A stretch of 64,000 nt of DNA from Vicinamibacterales bacterium. Its GTDB lineage: Bacteria; Acidobacteriota; Vicinamibacteria; Vicinamibacterales; JAMQPK01. Below are positions 11,315 through 23,393 of this stretch, in pieces. The position numbers and the translations under genes were made by a program. How positions within the stretch are numbered: the first letter of the stretch is position 1; every line of letters begins with the position of its first letter. The DNA lies in NCBI GenBank assembly GCA_036556585.1, contig DATBJG010000415.1, positions 131-64,130 of the forward strand, read 5' to 3'. A model generated the notes under the pieces. That model did not search any database and had not been told where the DNA came from. It saw nothing but the letters and a program-made list of their open reading frames with translations.

Positions 11315-13180
11315 ATGAACCACTACGACGTCATAGTCGTTGGCGCGGGTCACGCAGGCTGTGAGGCGGCCTGGGCCGCGGCTCAGGTGGGCTGTCGCAC
11401 GGCAATCTGCACGTTGACGACCGACACCGTCGCTCACATGCCGTGCAATCCCGCCATTGGCGGCACGGCCAAAGGGCATCTCGTCGCAGAGATCGATGCG
11501 CTTGGGGGCTTGATGGGGCTGGCGATCGATGCGACGGGGATCCAGTTCAAACTGCTGAACCGCAGTCGAGGTCCGGCTGTGTGGTCACCTCGAGCCCAGG
11601 CCGACAAAAAAGCGTACGGCCGTTGGATGCGCGCCGTGCTCGAACGACACCCGAATATCTCCTGGATGCTCGGGAAGGTTGGTCGACTGTTGATCGAGCA
11701 TGGGCGCGTTGCCGGAATTGCACTCGAGGACGGGGATCGATATTCGTGCTCCTCGCTCGTCATTACAACCGGCACATTTCTGAATGGCCTGGTCCACGTT
11801 GGGCCGGAGCAGCGACCAGCCGGCCGCGGCGACGAACCGCCGTCGCGCGAACTTGCTGAATCGTTGAAATCGGTTGGCTTCGAGTGGGCACGCCTGAAGA
11901 CCGGCACGCCGCCTCGCCTTCATCGGCGGAGCATTGATTTTGCCAAGGGCGTGACACGCGGTCTGTTCGCGGAGGAGCCGGGAGACAATCCTCCGGTTCC
12001 GTTCTCGTTTCTGACGGGCCATCTCGAAGTGGCGCAGGTTCCGTGTTATCTCACGCACACGACCGAGCAGGTGCGTGACATTGTGTTACGGAACGTGAAC
12101 CGTTCGCCGCTCTTCAACGGGCAGATCCGCGGCATCGGACCGCGCTACTGTCCGTCGCTCGAAGACAAGATTGTCCGGTTTCCGGCTCGCGAGCGTCATC
12201 AAATCTACCTCGAGCCGGAAGGGCGGGATGCGGATGAGATTTACGTGAACGGCTTTTCCATGAGCCTTCCGCGCGACGTGCAGGCCGAGCTGGTTCGCGC
12301 GATTCCGGGGCTCGAGGATGCCGAGATCGTCCGCCATGCGTATGCCGTGGAGTACGACTTCATTCAGCCGACGGAGCTGAAAGCGACGCTTGAAACGAAG
12401 CGTGTGGCGGGGTTGTATCTGGCGGGTCAGATCAACGGGACGTCGGGGTACGAAGAAGCAGGCGGCCAGGGCTTGATTGCCGGGGTGAACGCCGGGCTTC
12501 GAGCGGTTGGGCGGAAGGCGCTGGTTCTAGGTCGTCAGGAATCGTACATAGGAGTTATGGTAGATGACCTAATAACGCGTGGGTGCCTGGAGCCGTACCG
12601 GATGTTCACGTCGCGCGCAGAGCATCGGCTGCTTCTTCGGTGTGATAACGCGGACCTTCGGCTGACGCGAGTTGGCAGGGAAGTCGGACTCGTGGACGAG
12701 GGCAGGTGGGATGCCTTCAACGCTCGCTTGGAGCGGTTCAATCGGAATCTCCAAACTCTGCGAAGTGCCACGGTTCGAACTCCGGAAGGGGAACGCGTCA
12801 AAGCGGATCACCTGCTGCGGCAGCAGAGCAGCAGGCTTGACCAGTTGTGCCAGGCGGGACTGGTGGGGCTCGAGACATCGACAGGCACGGCGCGTATCGA
12901 TCTGGCGAGTGTCGAAACCGCCATCAAGTACGAAGGGTATCTCCGACGCCAGGAGCGCGAGGTCAGTCGCTCGAAGAAGGAGGAGGCGAAGCTCATCCCG
13001 GAGTCATTTCAATTCGAGTCGGTCCCGGGTCTGTCGAACGAAGTCGTGCACAGACTGAGTCAGGTTCGGCCCGCGACTCTTGGACAGGCGTTAAGAATTC
13101 CAGGTATCACGCCGGCCGCCGTGGCGGTCATGTCGGCCTACCTCAGCAGGCGTCCCGTGGACTCACCGAAAGCAGTATGA
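11315..13180 (+). CDS. mnmG: tRNA uridine 5-carboxymethylaminomethyl modification enzyme MnmG (GidA)
   Basis: The track ORF starts at 11270, inside mnmE. The conserved N-terminus [19 protein letters not shown] starts at the ATG at 11315. FAD-binding motif present. The product is about 620 aa. Confidence 0.93.
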   Translation: MNHYDVIVVGAGHAGCEAAWAAAQVGCRTAICTLTTDTVAHMPCNPAIGGTAKGHLVAEIDALGGLMGLAIDATGIQFKLLNRSRGPAVWSPRAQADKKAYGRWMRAVLERHPNISWMLGKVGRLLIEHGRVAGIALEDGDRYSCSSLVITTGTFLNGLVHVGPEQRPAGRGDEPPSRELAESLKSVGFEWARLKTGTPPRLHRRSIDFAKGVTRGLFAEEPGDNPPVPFSFLTGHLEVAQVPCYLTHTTEQVRDIVLRNVNRSPLFNGQIRGIGPRYCPSLEDKIVRFPARERHQIYLEPEGRDADEIYVNGFSMSLPRDVQAELVRAIPGLEDAEIVRHAYAVEYDFIQPTELKATLETKRVAGLYLAGQINGTSGYEEAGGQGLIAGVNAGLRAVGRKALVLGRQESYIGVMVDDLITRGCLEPYRMFTSRAEHRLLLRCDNADLRLTRVGREVGLVDEGRWDAFNARLERFNRNLQTLRSATVRTPEGERVKADHLLRQQSSRLDQLCQAGLVGLETSTGTARIDLASVETAIKYEGYLRRQEREVSRSKKEEAKLIPESFQFESVPGLSNEVVHRLSQVRPATLGQALRIPGITPAAVAVMSAYLSRRPVDSPKAV

Positions 13181-13187
13181 TCGGAAT

Positions 13188-13895
13188 GTGAAGACGGCGA
13201 CTGGCGACCGGTCGACGGCATTGACGCCTCGCGAGCTTCGAATTCGACTGGAGCGTCGCGCTCGTCGGGGCGGTGTGAAGATTTCGCCAGAGTTAGCCGT
13301 CCGGCTGATCACCTATCTGGAGCTTCTGGCTCGCTGGAACCATAAAATCAATCTGACCTCCCTGCCCTTGGTCGAGCCGACGGACGAGACGTTCGATCGC
13401 CTCTTGATCGAGCCCCTGATCGCCGCCCGGTACCTCCCGACGCCGAACTGCAGCGTCATTGATGTCGGGTCAGGGGGCGGGTCGCCGGCTATTCCCATGA
13501 GGCTCGCGGCACCAGAAATTTCGCTGCGGATGGTCGAATCCAAGACGCGCAAGGCGGCATTTCTACGGGAAGCCGTCCGCCAGCTCGCCCTGGACAATGT
13601 CATTGTTGAAACGGCTCGAGCGGAAGAGCTCCTGTCTCGGCCGGGACTTCACGAGCACCACGACGTGGCGACATTGCGAGCTGTGCGACTCGAGACGAGG
13701 ACGCTCCTTACGGTTCACGCTTTTCTGCGATTTGGCGGATTCGCTTTTCTTTTCCGTGGTCCGGGAACGGAGCCCCTTCCCACGGCGGCGCTTCCCAGCT
13801 TCAGTCCTGGTGCTTCGTATCCGCTAATAGAGTCTCTGGGCAGCCAGATCGTCATCCTTAAGAAGCCACAGATCCGCGAATCCGCCTACGTTTGA
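13188..13895 (+). CDS. rsmG: 16S rRNA (guanine527-N7)-methyltransferase RsmG (GidB)
   Basis: 235-aa ORF with a GTG start and SAM motif VIDVGSGGGSPAIPM. It follows mnmG, as is typical. Confidence 0.85.
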   Translation: MKTATGDRSTALTPRELRIRLERRARRGGVKISPELAVRLITYLELLARWNHKINLTSLPLVEPTDETFDRLLIEPLIAARYLPTPNCSVIDVGSGGGSPAIPMRLAAPEISLRMVESKTRKAAFLREAVRQLALDNVIVETARAEELLSRPGLHEHHDVATLRAVRLETRTLLTVHAFLRFGGFAFLFRGPGTEPLPTAALPSFSPGASYPLIESLGSQIVILKKPQIRESAYV

Positions 13896-13914
13896 GCCTG
13901 GTCAACCATCGGAA

Positions 13915-13930
13915 CGTTCCACGTGGAACA
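13915..13930. promoter_or_regulatory. parS centromere-like site
   Basis: CGTTCCACGTGGAACA (reverse complement TGTTCCACGTGGAACG), compared with the consensus TGTTNCACGTGAAACA. The 14-bp core GTTCCACGTGGAAC is a perfect palindrome. It lies 120 bp upstream of parA. Confidence 0.75.
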
Positions 13931-13968
13931 CTTGCGCAATCCTGGGGAGCCAACCACCCTCCCTGCAA

Positions 13969-13997
13969 TTGACCTTCTCGACAAGGAAGCGTATCCT
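13969..13997 (+). promoter_or_regulatory. Candidate sigma70-type promoter for parAB
   Basis: TTGACC (13969-13974), a 17-nt spacer, then TATCCT (13992-13997). Confidence 0.3.
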
Positions 13998-14050
13998 CAG
14001 GGCTAGCCGAAGAGTGTAGTTTAGGTCAGACGACCGATGTAGCGAGCGCC

Positions 14051-14845
<795 letters not shown>

Positions 14846-15712
14846 GTGATGGAAAGACGTCCTGCGCTCGGCAAAGGTCTGAGTGCCCTGATTCCCGACG
14901 CCCCCGAACCGCGGTCGGGTCCTGTCGAGGTTGACATCGATCTCCTGTTGCCGAATCGGTTCCAGCCACGGCGAACGATGGACGAGCCTCGTTTGTCCGC
15001 GTTATCTGCGTCCATCAAAGCAAACGGCATCATTCAGCCCATCGTCGTGCGAAAGGTCGATCGCGGATATCAGATCATTGCCGGCGAGCGACGCTGGCGT
15101 GCCGCGCAGCAAGCCGGCGTGAGCCGGGTGCCGGTGGTCATCCGCGACATCCCTCCGGGCGACGACAAACAATTGCTCGAGGTTGCGCTCATCGAAAACA
15201 TTCAACGCGAGAATCTCAACCCGATTGAAGAGGCCGAGGCATATCGTCGATTGAGCGAAGAGTTTCAGCTGTCGCAGGAAGCCATTGCAGGTGCGGTGGG
15301 GAAGGATCGAGCCTCGGTTGCGAACTATCTGAGATTGCTGAAGTTGCCCGACGAAGTTCGAGCCGAGGTCGCCGGCGGGCGGCTGTCGATGGGTCACGCG
15401 CGAGCGCTGCTGGCATTGACCGACGACGCGGCGCAGCGTCGTGGCGCGCGGGAAGTCATCGCCAAATCGCTCTCGGTGCGTGAGACCGAAGCCCTGGTCA
15501 AGAAGCTGGCCTCGCCGGGTGATTCCTCTCGTGAGCCGCAGAAAGTGGACATTCACACGCGTGCTGCCGAAGACCAGTTGAAGCTCGCGCTCGGCACGCG
15601 GGTACGAATCGTGCGGCGGGGCACCGGCGGCACGATTGAAATCAACTTCAACTCCGAAGACGAACTGCAGCGACTCTATGAGCAGCTGACGTCCCGGCTT
15701 CGGCTGCGCTGA
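14846..15712 (+). CDS. parB: Chromosome partitioning protein ParB/Spo0J
   Basis: 288-aa ORF with a GTG at 14846 or an ATG at 14849. It carries the ParB box QPIVVRK...IIAGERRWRAAQ, an HTH region and a C-terminal dimerisation region. Confidence 0.92.
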   Translation: MMERRPALGKGLSALIPDAPEPRSGPVEVDIDLLLPNRFQPRRTMDEPRLSALSASIKANGIIQPIVVRKVDRGYQIIAGERRWRAAQQAGVSRVPVVIRDIPPGDDKQLLEVALIENIQRENLNPIEEAEAYRRLSEEFQLSQEAIAGAVGKDRASVANYLRLLKLPDEVRAEVAGGRLSMGHARALLALTDDAAQRRGAREVIAKSLSVRETEALVKKLASPGDSSREPQKVDIHTRAAEDQLKLALGTRVRIVRRGTGGTIEINFNSEDELQRLYEQLTSRLRLR

Positions 15713-15718
15713 GCCTGG

Positions 15719-15779
15719 AAAAGGGGTCTGGAGTCTTTTCCAGGCGCAGGACGAGTGTAAAAGACTCCCGACCCCTTTT
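15719..15779. terminator. Long hairpin just after parB: 21-bp stem with one mismatch and a 19-nt loop, A-tract before and T-tract after
   Basis: aaaaggggtctggagtctttt (15719-15739) pairs with aaaagactcccgacccctttt (15759-15779). The right arm is identical over 23 nt to the hairpin at 23394-23455. An alternative smaller hairpin is possible: cctggaaaag (15714-15723) with cttttccagg (15735-15744). Confidence 0.6.
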
Positions 15780-15868
15780 TCAGGCCGGAACTCTCGAAAG
15801 ATGACGAAATCGCACGGTAATTCACAACGAGATTCGGTTGTCCCGGCTGGACGCCACCGGGAACCGAA

Positions 15869-15877
15869 TGGTATAAA
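15869..15877 (+). promoter_or_regulatory. Possible extended -10 promoter element (TGgTATAAA) upstream of atpH
   Basis: This is the only AT-rich promoter-like motif in the 330-nt parB-atpH gap. No convincing -35 element was found. Confidence 0.25.
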
Positions 15878-16043
15878 TTGATGGTTTGTCCGGCCGCCGT
15901 CCGACCGTCGTGAGCGGCCCTGCCCGTGACAGTTCGGGGTTCCTGACCGAAAACCCAATGTCTCCAGTTGACCGCCGGCGGTGCCGGCTCGCGCCGGTAA
16001 TCTGCGGCGGTTCGCGCTTGTGAAAAAGGTCGCAAGGTCGTAA

Positions 16044-16589
16044 ATGGCCAGTCAGGCAATTGCCGCACGTTACGCCAAGGCGCTATTCGAAGTCAGTCTC
16101 AAGGAAGCCGATCCACGCGTCGTCGAGCAACAGCTGGACGCGTTTGCTGGATTGATGGCCGTGCATCGCGACCTGCAGCACGTCCTCACCAACCCCGCGG
16201 TACCGGTGATCAAGAAGCAGGCCGTCGTGAAGGTGCTCGTCGATCGGCAACGCGCCGTACCCGTGGTCGCGCGAACGCTCGTTCTGCTTGCCTCGCGCGA
16301 CCGTCTCGCGCTGCTGCCCGATCTGCTGGCGAATTATCGAGAGCGCCTGCTCGCCCGCGAGGGGATTGTAAAGGCGGAGGTCACGACCTCCGCTCCGCTC
16401 TCACCCGCGCGGCAAGCCGAGATCGAACGCGGTCTGGCTGCCGTGACCGGAAAACGTGTGACGATGACGGTTCGTGTGGACCCGTCGCTCATCGCGGGCG
16501 TTGTCGCCAGGGTGGGTGGTGTGGTGTACGACGCCAGCGTGGCCACACAGTTGCGGAAGATCAGAACTGCGATGACCGACGCGGTTTGA
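16044..16589 (+). CDS. atpH: F1 ATP synthase subunit delta
   Basis: 181-aa ORF starting [18 protein letters not shown] (OSCP/delta-type N-terminus), immediately upstream of atpA. Confidence 0.85.
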   Translation: MASQAIAARYAKALFEVSLKEADPRVVEQQLDAFAGLMAVHRDLQHVLTNPAVPVIKKQAVVKVLVDRQRAVPVVARTLVLLASRDRLALLPDLLANYRERLLAREGIVKAEVTTSAPLSPARQAEIERGLAAVTGKRVTMTVRVDPSLIAGVVARVGGVVYDASVATQLRKIRTAMTDAV

Positions 16590-16653
16590 AGCTGTCGTCT
16601 GGAAATCTGTCAACGAAGAGAGCGCACACCGGCAACCAGTCGCAAGCGTTTGG

Positions 16654-18186
16654 ATGACAAGTATGGATATCAAAGCCGACGAAATCTCCAAGATCATCAA
16701 AGACCAGATTGGAAGCTTCACCGTAGAGGTCGATGTTGCCGAGGTCGGCACGATCATGTCGCTGGGTGACGGCATCGCGCGCGTGCACGGCGTCGAGCGT
16801 GCGATGGCTGGCGAGATGCTGTCCTTCCCTCACGACGTGTTCGGAATCGCGCTCAATCTCGAAGAGGATGGCGTCGGCGTCGTGCTGCTGGGCGAATTCT
16901 CGAACATCAAGGAGGGCGACGAGGTGAGGCGCACCGGCCGAATCATCTCGGTGCCTGTTGGTGACGAGATGCTCGGCCGCGTCGTCAACGCGCTCGGTCA
17001 GCCGATCGACGGCAAAGGCCCCATCGCGACCAAGCAGTTTGCTCCGATCGAACGTCTGGCGCCGGGCGTCGTGGATCGACAGCCGGTTCGGGAACCCCTG
17101 CAGACCGGTCTCAAGGCGATCGATGCGATGGTCCCCATCGGCCGTGGTCAGCGCGAACTGATCATCGGGGATCGCCAGACGGGCAAGACTGCTGTGGCCA
17201 TCGACACCATCATCAATCAGAAGGGGCAGGACGTCGTCTGTATTTACAACGCGATTGGCCAAAAGCAGTCGACGATCGCGCAGGTGATCAAGACGCTCGA
17301 AGACAGCGGAGCAATGGGGTACAGCATTGTTGTGGCTGCCGCCGCTTCGGACCCGGCACCCCTGCTGTACATCAGTCCGTACTCAGCTTGCGCCATTGGT
17401 GAGTACTTCCGTGACAACGGCCGCCATGCGTTGTGCATCTACGACGATTTGTCAAAGCACGCGCAGGCGTATCGTGAGATTTCGCTGTTGCTGCGGCGTC
17501 CGCCTGGCCGCGAAGCGTATCCCGGCGATGTGTTCTATCTGCACTCGCGATTGCTCGAGCGTGCGGCCAAAATGCGGCAGGAGCTCGGCGGAGGATCGCT
17601 CACGTCGCTGCCGATCATCGAAACGCAGGCGGGCGACTTATCCGCCTACATTCCCACCAACGTCATTTCGATTACCGACGGCCAGATCTTTCTCGAAACG
17701 GATTTGTTCCATCAGGGTGTGCGCCCCGCAATCAACGTCGGCAACTCGGTTTCGCGGGTAGGCGGGTCGGCCCAGGTCAAAGCCATGCGACAGGTGGCCG
17801 GCACGCTACGACTGGATCTTGCGCAGTATCGTGAGCTGGCCGCGTTCGCGCAGTTTGGTAGCGATCTCGATCCAGCCACGAAGGCGCAGCTCAACCGCGG
17901 GGCTCGTTTGGTGGAACTTCTCAAACAGCCGCAGTATCAGCCTCTTGCTGTCGAGAAGCAGGTGCTCATCGTCTACGCGGGCACGAACGGGTTCCTCGAT
18001 AACGTCGCGATTGCTGCCGTGGGGCGATACGAACAGGAGCTCTACCGATTCGTGGAAACACGGTATGCCGGAGTCCTCAAGGGGATTGCCGACAAGAAGA
18101 CGCTCGACGATGGTCTGAAAGCGGAAATTAACGCGGCGCTCAAGGAGTTCGGAGAGCAGTTTGCGGCAACGGCCGCTGCCGCGTAG
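16654..18186 (+). CDS. atpA: F1 ATP synthase subunit alpha
   Basis: 510-aa ORF with the P-loop [18 protein letters not shown]. Conserved throughout. An alternative ATG lies at 16663. Confidence 0.96.
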   Translation: MTSMDIKADEISKIIKDQIGSFTVEVDVAEVGTIMSLGDGIARVHGVERAMAGEMLSFPHDVFGIALNLEEDGVGVVLLGEFSNIKEGDEVRRTGRIISVPVGDEMLGRVVNALGQPIDGKGPIATKQFAPIERLAPGVVDRQPVREPLQTGLKAIDAMVPIGRGQRELIIGDRQTGKTAVAIDTIINQKGQDVVCIYNAIGQKQSTIAQVIKTLEDSGAMGYSIVVAAAASDPAPLLYISPYSACAIGEYFRDNGRHALCIYDDLSKHAQAYREISLLLRRPPGREAYPGDVFYLHSRLLERAAKMRQELGGGSLTSLPIIETQAGDLSAYIPTNVISITDGQIFLETDLFHQGVRPAINVGNSVSRVGGSAQVKAMRQVAGTLRLDLAQYRELAAFAQFGSDLDPATKAQLNRGARLVELLKQPQYQPLAVEKQVLIVYAGTNGFLDNVAIAAVGRYEQELYRFVETRYAGVLKGIADKKTLDDGLKAEINAALKEFGEQFAATAAAA

Positions 18187-18190
18187 AAGA

Positions 18191-18274
18191 CAGACGACAG
18201 AAGACAGAGACCGAAAGCCAAAAACCGGGATCCGAAGCCCGAGAGCCGAGAGCCGAAATCCGAAAGCCGAAGAA
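18191..18274. repeat. Twelve consecutive degenerate heptamers filling the atpA-atpG spacer
   Basis: The tract parses as cagacga cagaaga cagagac cgaaagc caaaaac cgggatc cgaagcc cgagagc cgagagc cgaaatc cgaaagc cgaagaa. Every unit starts with C and the 7-nt phase is unbroken. Confidence 0.85.
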
Positions 18275-18277
18275 ACA

Positions 18278-19156
18278 ATGCCTTCACTCATTGACATCCG
18301 CCGGCGGATTCGTGCGGTCAAGTCGACGCAGCAGATCACGAAGGCGATGAAGATGGTGGCCGCGTCACGACTTCGCCGTGCGCAGGAACGGATCATGAGC
18401 GCGCGCCCGTTCGCGCAGCAGATGCTGCGCGTGCTCAATCGTGTGGCGGCCCGCGTGCCGTCCGCCGCGCATCCGCTGCTGGCGGCTGCCGGCAGCGAGA
18501 CGACACCAGGACGCACATTGCTGGTGGTTGTGACCGCGGACCGGGGTCTGTGCGGGAGCTTCAATACCAACATCATCAAGGAGGCGGGGAAGTTCATCGT
18601 CGATGCGCCGGGACGCGAGATCGCGCTGGGACTCGTTGGGCGAAAAGGCCGCGACTATTTTCGCCGCCACGGGTTCGAAGTCCGGTTCGAGGACGTGGGC
18701 GTATTCCAGAACGTGTCCTACTCGCACGCTCAAGCCATCGCCCGCGCCGCCATTGAGGATTTCACGAGCGGTGACGTCAAGAGCGTCTATCTCGTTTACA
18801 ACGAATTCAAATCGGTCATTCAACAACGCGTCGTCGTCGAACGCCTGCTGCCGATTCCACGTGGCGAGGTTCTGACCGACTCCGCGCCGGACGCGCTGGA
18901 AGTCGAGTATCTGTTCGAACCGACGCCGGCCGAGATTTTCCGCGATCTCCTGCCGCGTCACGTTGAAGTGCAGGTCTTCCGGGCGCTCCTCGAATCGGCT
19001 GCAGCCGAGCACGCGGCGCGCATGACGGCCATGGACGCGGCAACCAAGAACTCGGCGGAAATGATCGAGCAGCTGACTCTGTACATGAACAAGGTGCGTC
19101 AAGCGGCCATCACGCGGGAAATTATCGAGGTTGTTTCGGGGGCGCAAGCTCTGTAA
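18278..19156 (+). CDS. atpG: F1 ATP synthase subunit gamma
   Basis: The track ORF starts at 18161, but the canonical N-terminus MPSLIDIRRRIRAVKSTQQITKAMKMVAASRL starts at the ATG at 18278. The C-terminal ITREIIEVVSGAQAL is typical. Confidence 0.93.
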   Translation: MPSLIDIRRRIRAVKSTQQITKAMKMVAASRLRRAQERIMSARPFAQQMLRVLNRVAARVPSAAHPLLAAAGSETTPGRTLLVVVTADRGLCGSFNTNIIKEAGKFIVDAPGREIALGLVGRKGRDYFRRHGFEVRFEDVGVFQNVSYSHAQAIARAAIEDFTSGDVKSVYLVYNEFKSVIQQRVVVERLLPIPRGEVLTDSAPDALEVEYLFEPTPAEIFRDLLPRHVEVQVFRALLESAAAEHAARMTAMDAATKNSAEMIEQLTLYMNKVRQAAITREIIEVVSGAQAL

Positions 19157-20650
<1,494 letters not shown>

Positions 20651-20661
20651 GGACGGAAACG

Positions 20662-21084
20662 ATGGCACTGCCCACACAGCTCACGCTCGAGGTCGTCACT
20701 CCCGAGCGCCCGCTCATTCGCGAGCAGGTCGACGAAGTGATCGTGCCCGCCGCCAAAGGATATCTGGGTGTGCTGCCGGGACACACGCCGCTGCTCGCAA
20801 GGCTGGACATCGGGCAGCTTTCGTATCGGAAGGGGTCGGAGACGTTTTACCTGCTCGTCGCGTTCGGATTTGCGGAAATCCTGCCGGACCGCGTCACGAT
20901 TCTGGCGCAGACCGCAGAAAAGGCGGAGGAAATCGACTTGAAACGCGCCGAAACGGCGCGCGACCGGGCGCAGGAACGACTGGCGCGACCGACCCTGGAG
21001 ATGGACTTCGAGCGAGCCCGCATTGCCATGATGAAAGCTCTCATACGCCTTCAGGTGGCGTCGAAGGCGCGGGTCAGGAGCTAA
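20662..21084 (+). CDS. atpC: F1 ATP synthase subunit epsilon
   Basis: 140-aa ORF in the terminal operon position, with an epsilon-like beta-sandwich plus a helical hairpin. Confidence 0.9.
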   Translation: MALPTQLTLEVVTPERPLIREQVDEVIVPAAKGYLGVLPGHTPLLARLDIGQLSYRKGSETFYLLVAFGFAEILPDRVTILAQTAEKAEEIDLKRAETARDRAQERLARPTLEMDFERARIAMMKALIRLQVASKARVRS

Positions 21085-21105
21085 AAGAGCAAAAAAAGAG
21101 GAGTT

Positions 21106-21147
21106 AGAAGACAGAAGACAGAATACAGAAGACAGAATACGAAGTCG
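21106..21147. repeat. Six tandem heptamers (agaagac agaagac agaatac agaagac agaatac gaagtcg) directly upstream of the wzm start
   Basis: Read directly from the sequence. These belong to the same heptamer family as the first units of the 18191-18274 tract. Confidence 0.85.
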
Positions 21148-21149
21148 GA

Positions 21150-21938
21150 ATGCTCCAGAATCTCCTGCGCCTCGCGCGATACCGCGCGCTCATCCAGAGC
21201 CTGGTTGCGCGTGAAGTCAAAGCCCGATATCGAGGATCCGTCCTAGGGTTCTTCTGGTCCTTCATCAACCCGCTGCTCCTTCTGCTGATCTACACGTTTG
21301 TGTTCAGCTACGTGCTGCCGCGCGGGCCGGGGCTCGAGCCCTATGCCCTGTTCATGTTCTGCGGCATCCTGCCATGGACCTGGTTCTCTTCTTCGCTGGC
21401 CGAGTCGGCCAACGTCCTGATGGCCGGCGGGAACCTGATCAAGAAGGTGCTCTTCCCGGCCGAAGTCCTGCCCATCGTGACCGTGCTGGCAAATCTGGTT
21501 CATTTCCTGTTTGGCCTGCCGATCCTTGTGGTCTTCCTCGTCTACTATCGGCCGGCGCTCCAGCTTGGTGACCTGGTGTGGTTCCCGGTGGTGGTGCTGG
21601 TTCAGCTGCTTCTCACGCTCGGTTTCGCGCTGATCCTGTCGGCGCTCACGGTGCATTTCCGCGATCTCAAAGACATCCTCTCGAACCTTCTCACATTCTG
21701 GTTTTTTGCGACGCCCATCATCTATCCGATGTCCGAGGCGCCGGCAGGCGCCCGCTTGCTGCTCAACCTGAATCCGTTCACACACCTTGCGATCTCGTAT
21801 CAGGAGCTTCTGTTCTACGATGGACCTTTTGGCCACTGGAAGTGGCTGGTGGCACTGGGAATTGCGTCGGCAGGGCTGTTTCTGTTTGGATATTTCGTCT
21901 TCGACCGGCTGCGCGATTCGTTTGCGGAGGAAGTGTGA
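21150..21938 (+). CDS. wzm: ABC-2 type polysaccharide/O-antigen export permease (Wzm/TagG-like), copy 1
   Basis: 262-aa ORF with the typical N-terminus YRALIQSLVAREVKARYRGSVLGFFWSFINPLL, six predicted TM segments, and an adjacent cognate ATPase. Confidence 0.85.
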   Translation: MLQNLLRLARYRALIQSLVAREVKARYRGSVLGFFWSFINPLLLLLIYTFVFSYVLPRGPGLEPYALFMFCGILPWTWFSSSLAESANVLMAGGNLIKKVLFPAEVLPIVTVLANLVHFLFGLPILVVFLVYYRPALQLGDLVWFPVVVLVQLLLTLGFALILSALTVHFRDLKDILSNLLTFWFFATPIIYPMSEAPAGARLLLNLNPFTHLAISYQELLFYDGPFGHWKWLVALGIASAGLFLFGYFVFDRLRDSFAEEV

Positions 21939-22029
21939 AACGACAGCCGGCAGCAGCCAGCAGGTCGCAGCTGGGCGAGAGCTCAACCGTCCTGCCGTCT
22001 GTCGTGTGCCGTCTGCTTGCTAGAGCCGT

Positions 22030-23391
22030 ATGAATTCCATTGTCGTCTCCGACGTCACCAAGGTCTACCGGCGCTACGCACGCCGGAAGCAGTTTGCCAC
22101 GCTCAAGAGCGCACTGCTCGATGGCAGCCTGATCAGCGACCTCAAGCCCGACGAGACGTTTCACGCCCTGCGGGGGGTGTCGTTTGCCGTGCCGACGGGC
22201 GCCACCTTTGGCATCATCGGTCGAAACGGGTCTGGCAAGAGCACGATGTTGAAACTCGTAGCGGGTATCACCAAACCCACGAGCGGCAGTGTCGATGTTC
22301 GCGGACGCATTTCGGCGCTCATCGAACTGGGTGCCGGATTCCACCCCGAGATTTCCGGCCGCGAGAATGTCTTCATCAACGGCATCATGCTCGGCTTGTC
22401 GAAGCGGGAGATTGCCAGGCGCTTCGACGAAATCGTCGAGTTTGCCGAGCTGCGCGACTTCATTGAAGCTCCGGTCAAAACGTATTCGTCGGGCATGTAC
22501 ATGCGCCTCGGTTTTGCTGTCGCCATTCACGTCGATCCCGACGTGCTCCTGGTCGACGAAGTGCTGGCCGTCGGCGACGAGGCGTTTACGCACAAATGCC
22601 TCGACAAGTTTGGAGAATTTCGACGACGGGGCAAGACGATCCTGCTGGTGACCCACTCGCTGAACCTGGTGGAGCGATTTTGCGACGAAGCGCTGTGGCT
22701 CGACGCCGGGCGCACGAGAGCCCTCGGGGATCCGCTGCGTGTGGTGGGCGCGTATCTCACCGACGTCGAGCACTCGGAGGAACAAACATTAGCGGCGGCG
22801 GATGCAAGAGCGCGAGCGCACGCGCTGGAAGTGCCCTTGCCAATCGTCGAGGGCGAAAATGGTGCGGAGTTGCCAGTGGGGGCCGCCGACGGCAACGCGC
22901 TGCCGGACGACCCGGTCCCCCAGGACATGTTTCGGGCACGGGAGGGACGCTGGGGATCTCGCGAAGTTCAGATACTTGAAGTTGCGCTGAGGGATCAGCA
23001 CGGTCAGGTCAGTCACGTCTTCCAGTCAGGGGACCCGCTTTCCGTTCATGTCAAGGTGCTCGCGGTCGAACCGGTCAGTGACTTTGCTTTCGGGATTGGC
23101 CTGTTCAATCCAGAGGGTGTCTGCTGCTACGGGACGAATACTCATCTCGAAGAGCTCGAATCAGCCTCGCTCGAGGGTGAGGCAGAGGTCGTCTTCCAGG
23201 TTGCCTCGCTGGATTTGGTCGAGGGGACCTACAAACTCGACGTGGCCGTTCACAAGCGAGACGGGTATCCGTACGACTATCATCGACTGCTCTATACCTT
23301 CCGCGTGAAATCCCGAACGCATGACGTCGGAATCTATCGTCCACCTCACCAGTGGACCTTCTCATCCAACGTGAAGTTCGGTACGAAATGA
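22030..23391 (+). CDS. wzt: Polysaccharide/O-antigen ABC exporter ATP-binding protein (Wzt/TagH-like) with C-terminal beta-rich extension, copy 1
   Basis: 453 aa with Walker A GRNGSGKST, signature YSSGMYMRLGFA and Walker B LLVDEVLAVGD. An extra C-terminal domain of about 170 aa has the length and character of Wzt carbohydrate-binding domains. Confidence 0.88.
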   Translation: MNSIVVSDVTKVYRRYARRKQFATLKSALLDGSLISDLKPDETFHALRGVSFAVPTGATFGIIGRNGSGKSTMLKLVAGITKPTSGSVDVRGRISALIELGAGFHPEISGRENVFINGIMLGLSKREIARRFDEIVEFAELRDFIEAPVKTYSSGMYMRLGFAVAIHVDPDVLLVDEVLAVGDEAFTHKCLDKFGEFRRRGKTILLVTHSLNLVERFCDEALWLDAGRTRALGDPLRVVGAYLTDVEHSEEQTLAAADARARAHALEVPLPIVEGENGAELPVGAADGNALPDDPVPQDMFRAREGRWGSREVQILEVALRDQHGQVSHVFQSGDPLSVHVKVLAVEPVSDFAFGIGLFNPEGVCCYGTNTHLEELESASLEGEAEVVFQVASLDLVEGTYKLDVAVHKRDGYPYDYHRLLYTFRVKSRTHDVGIYRPPHQWTFSSNVKFGTK

Positions 23392-23393
23392 AG

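Noticed and set aside
18191-18274. Heptamer tracts as possible CRISPR arrays
   Set aside because: The units are 7 nt and contiguous, with no unique spacers, and the tracts are under 100 nt. No cas genes are in the window.
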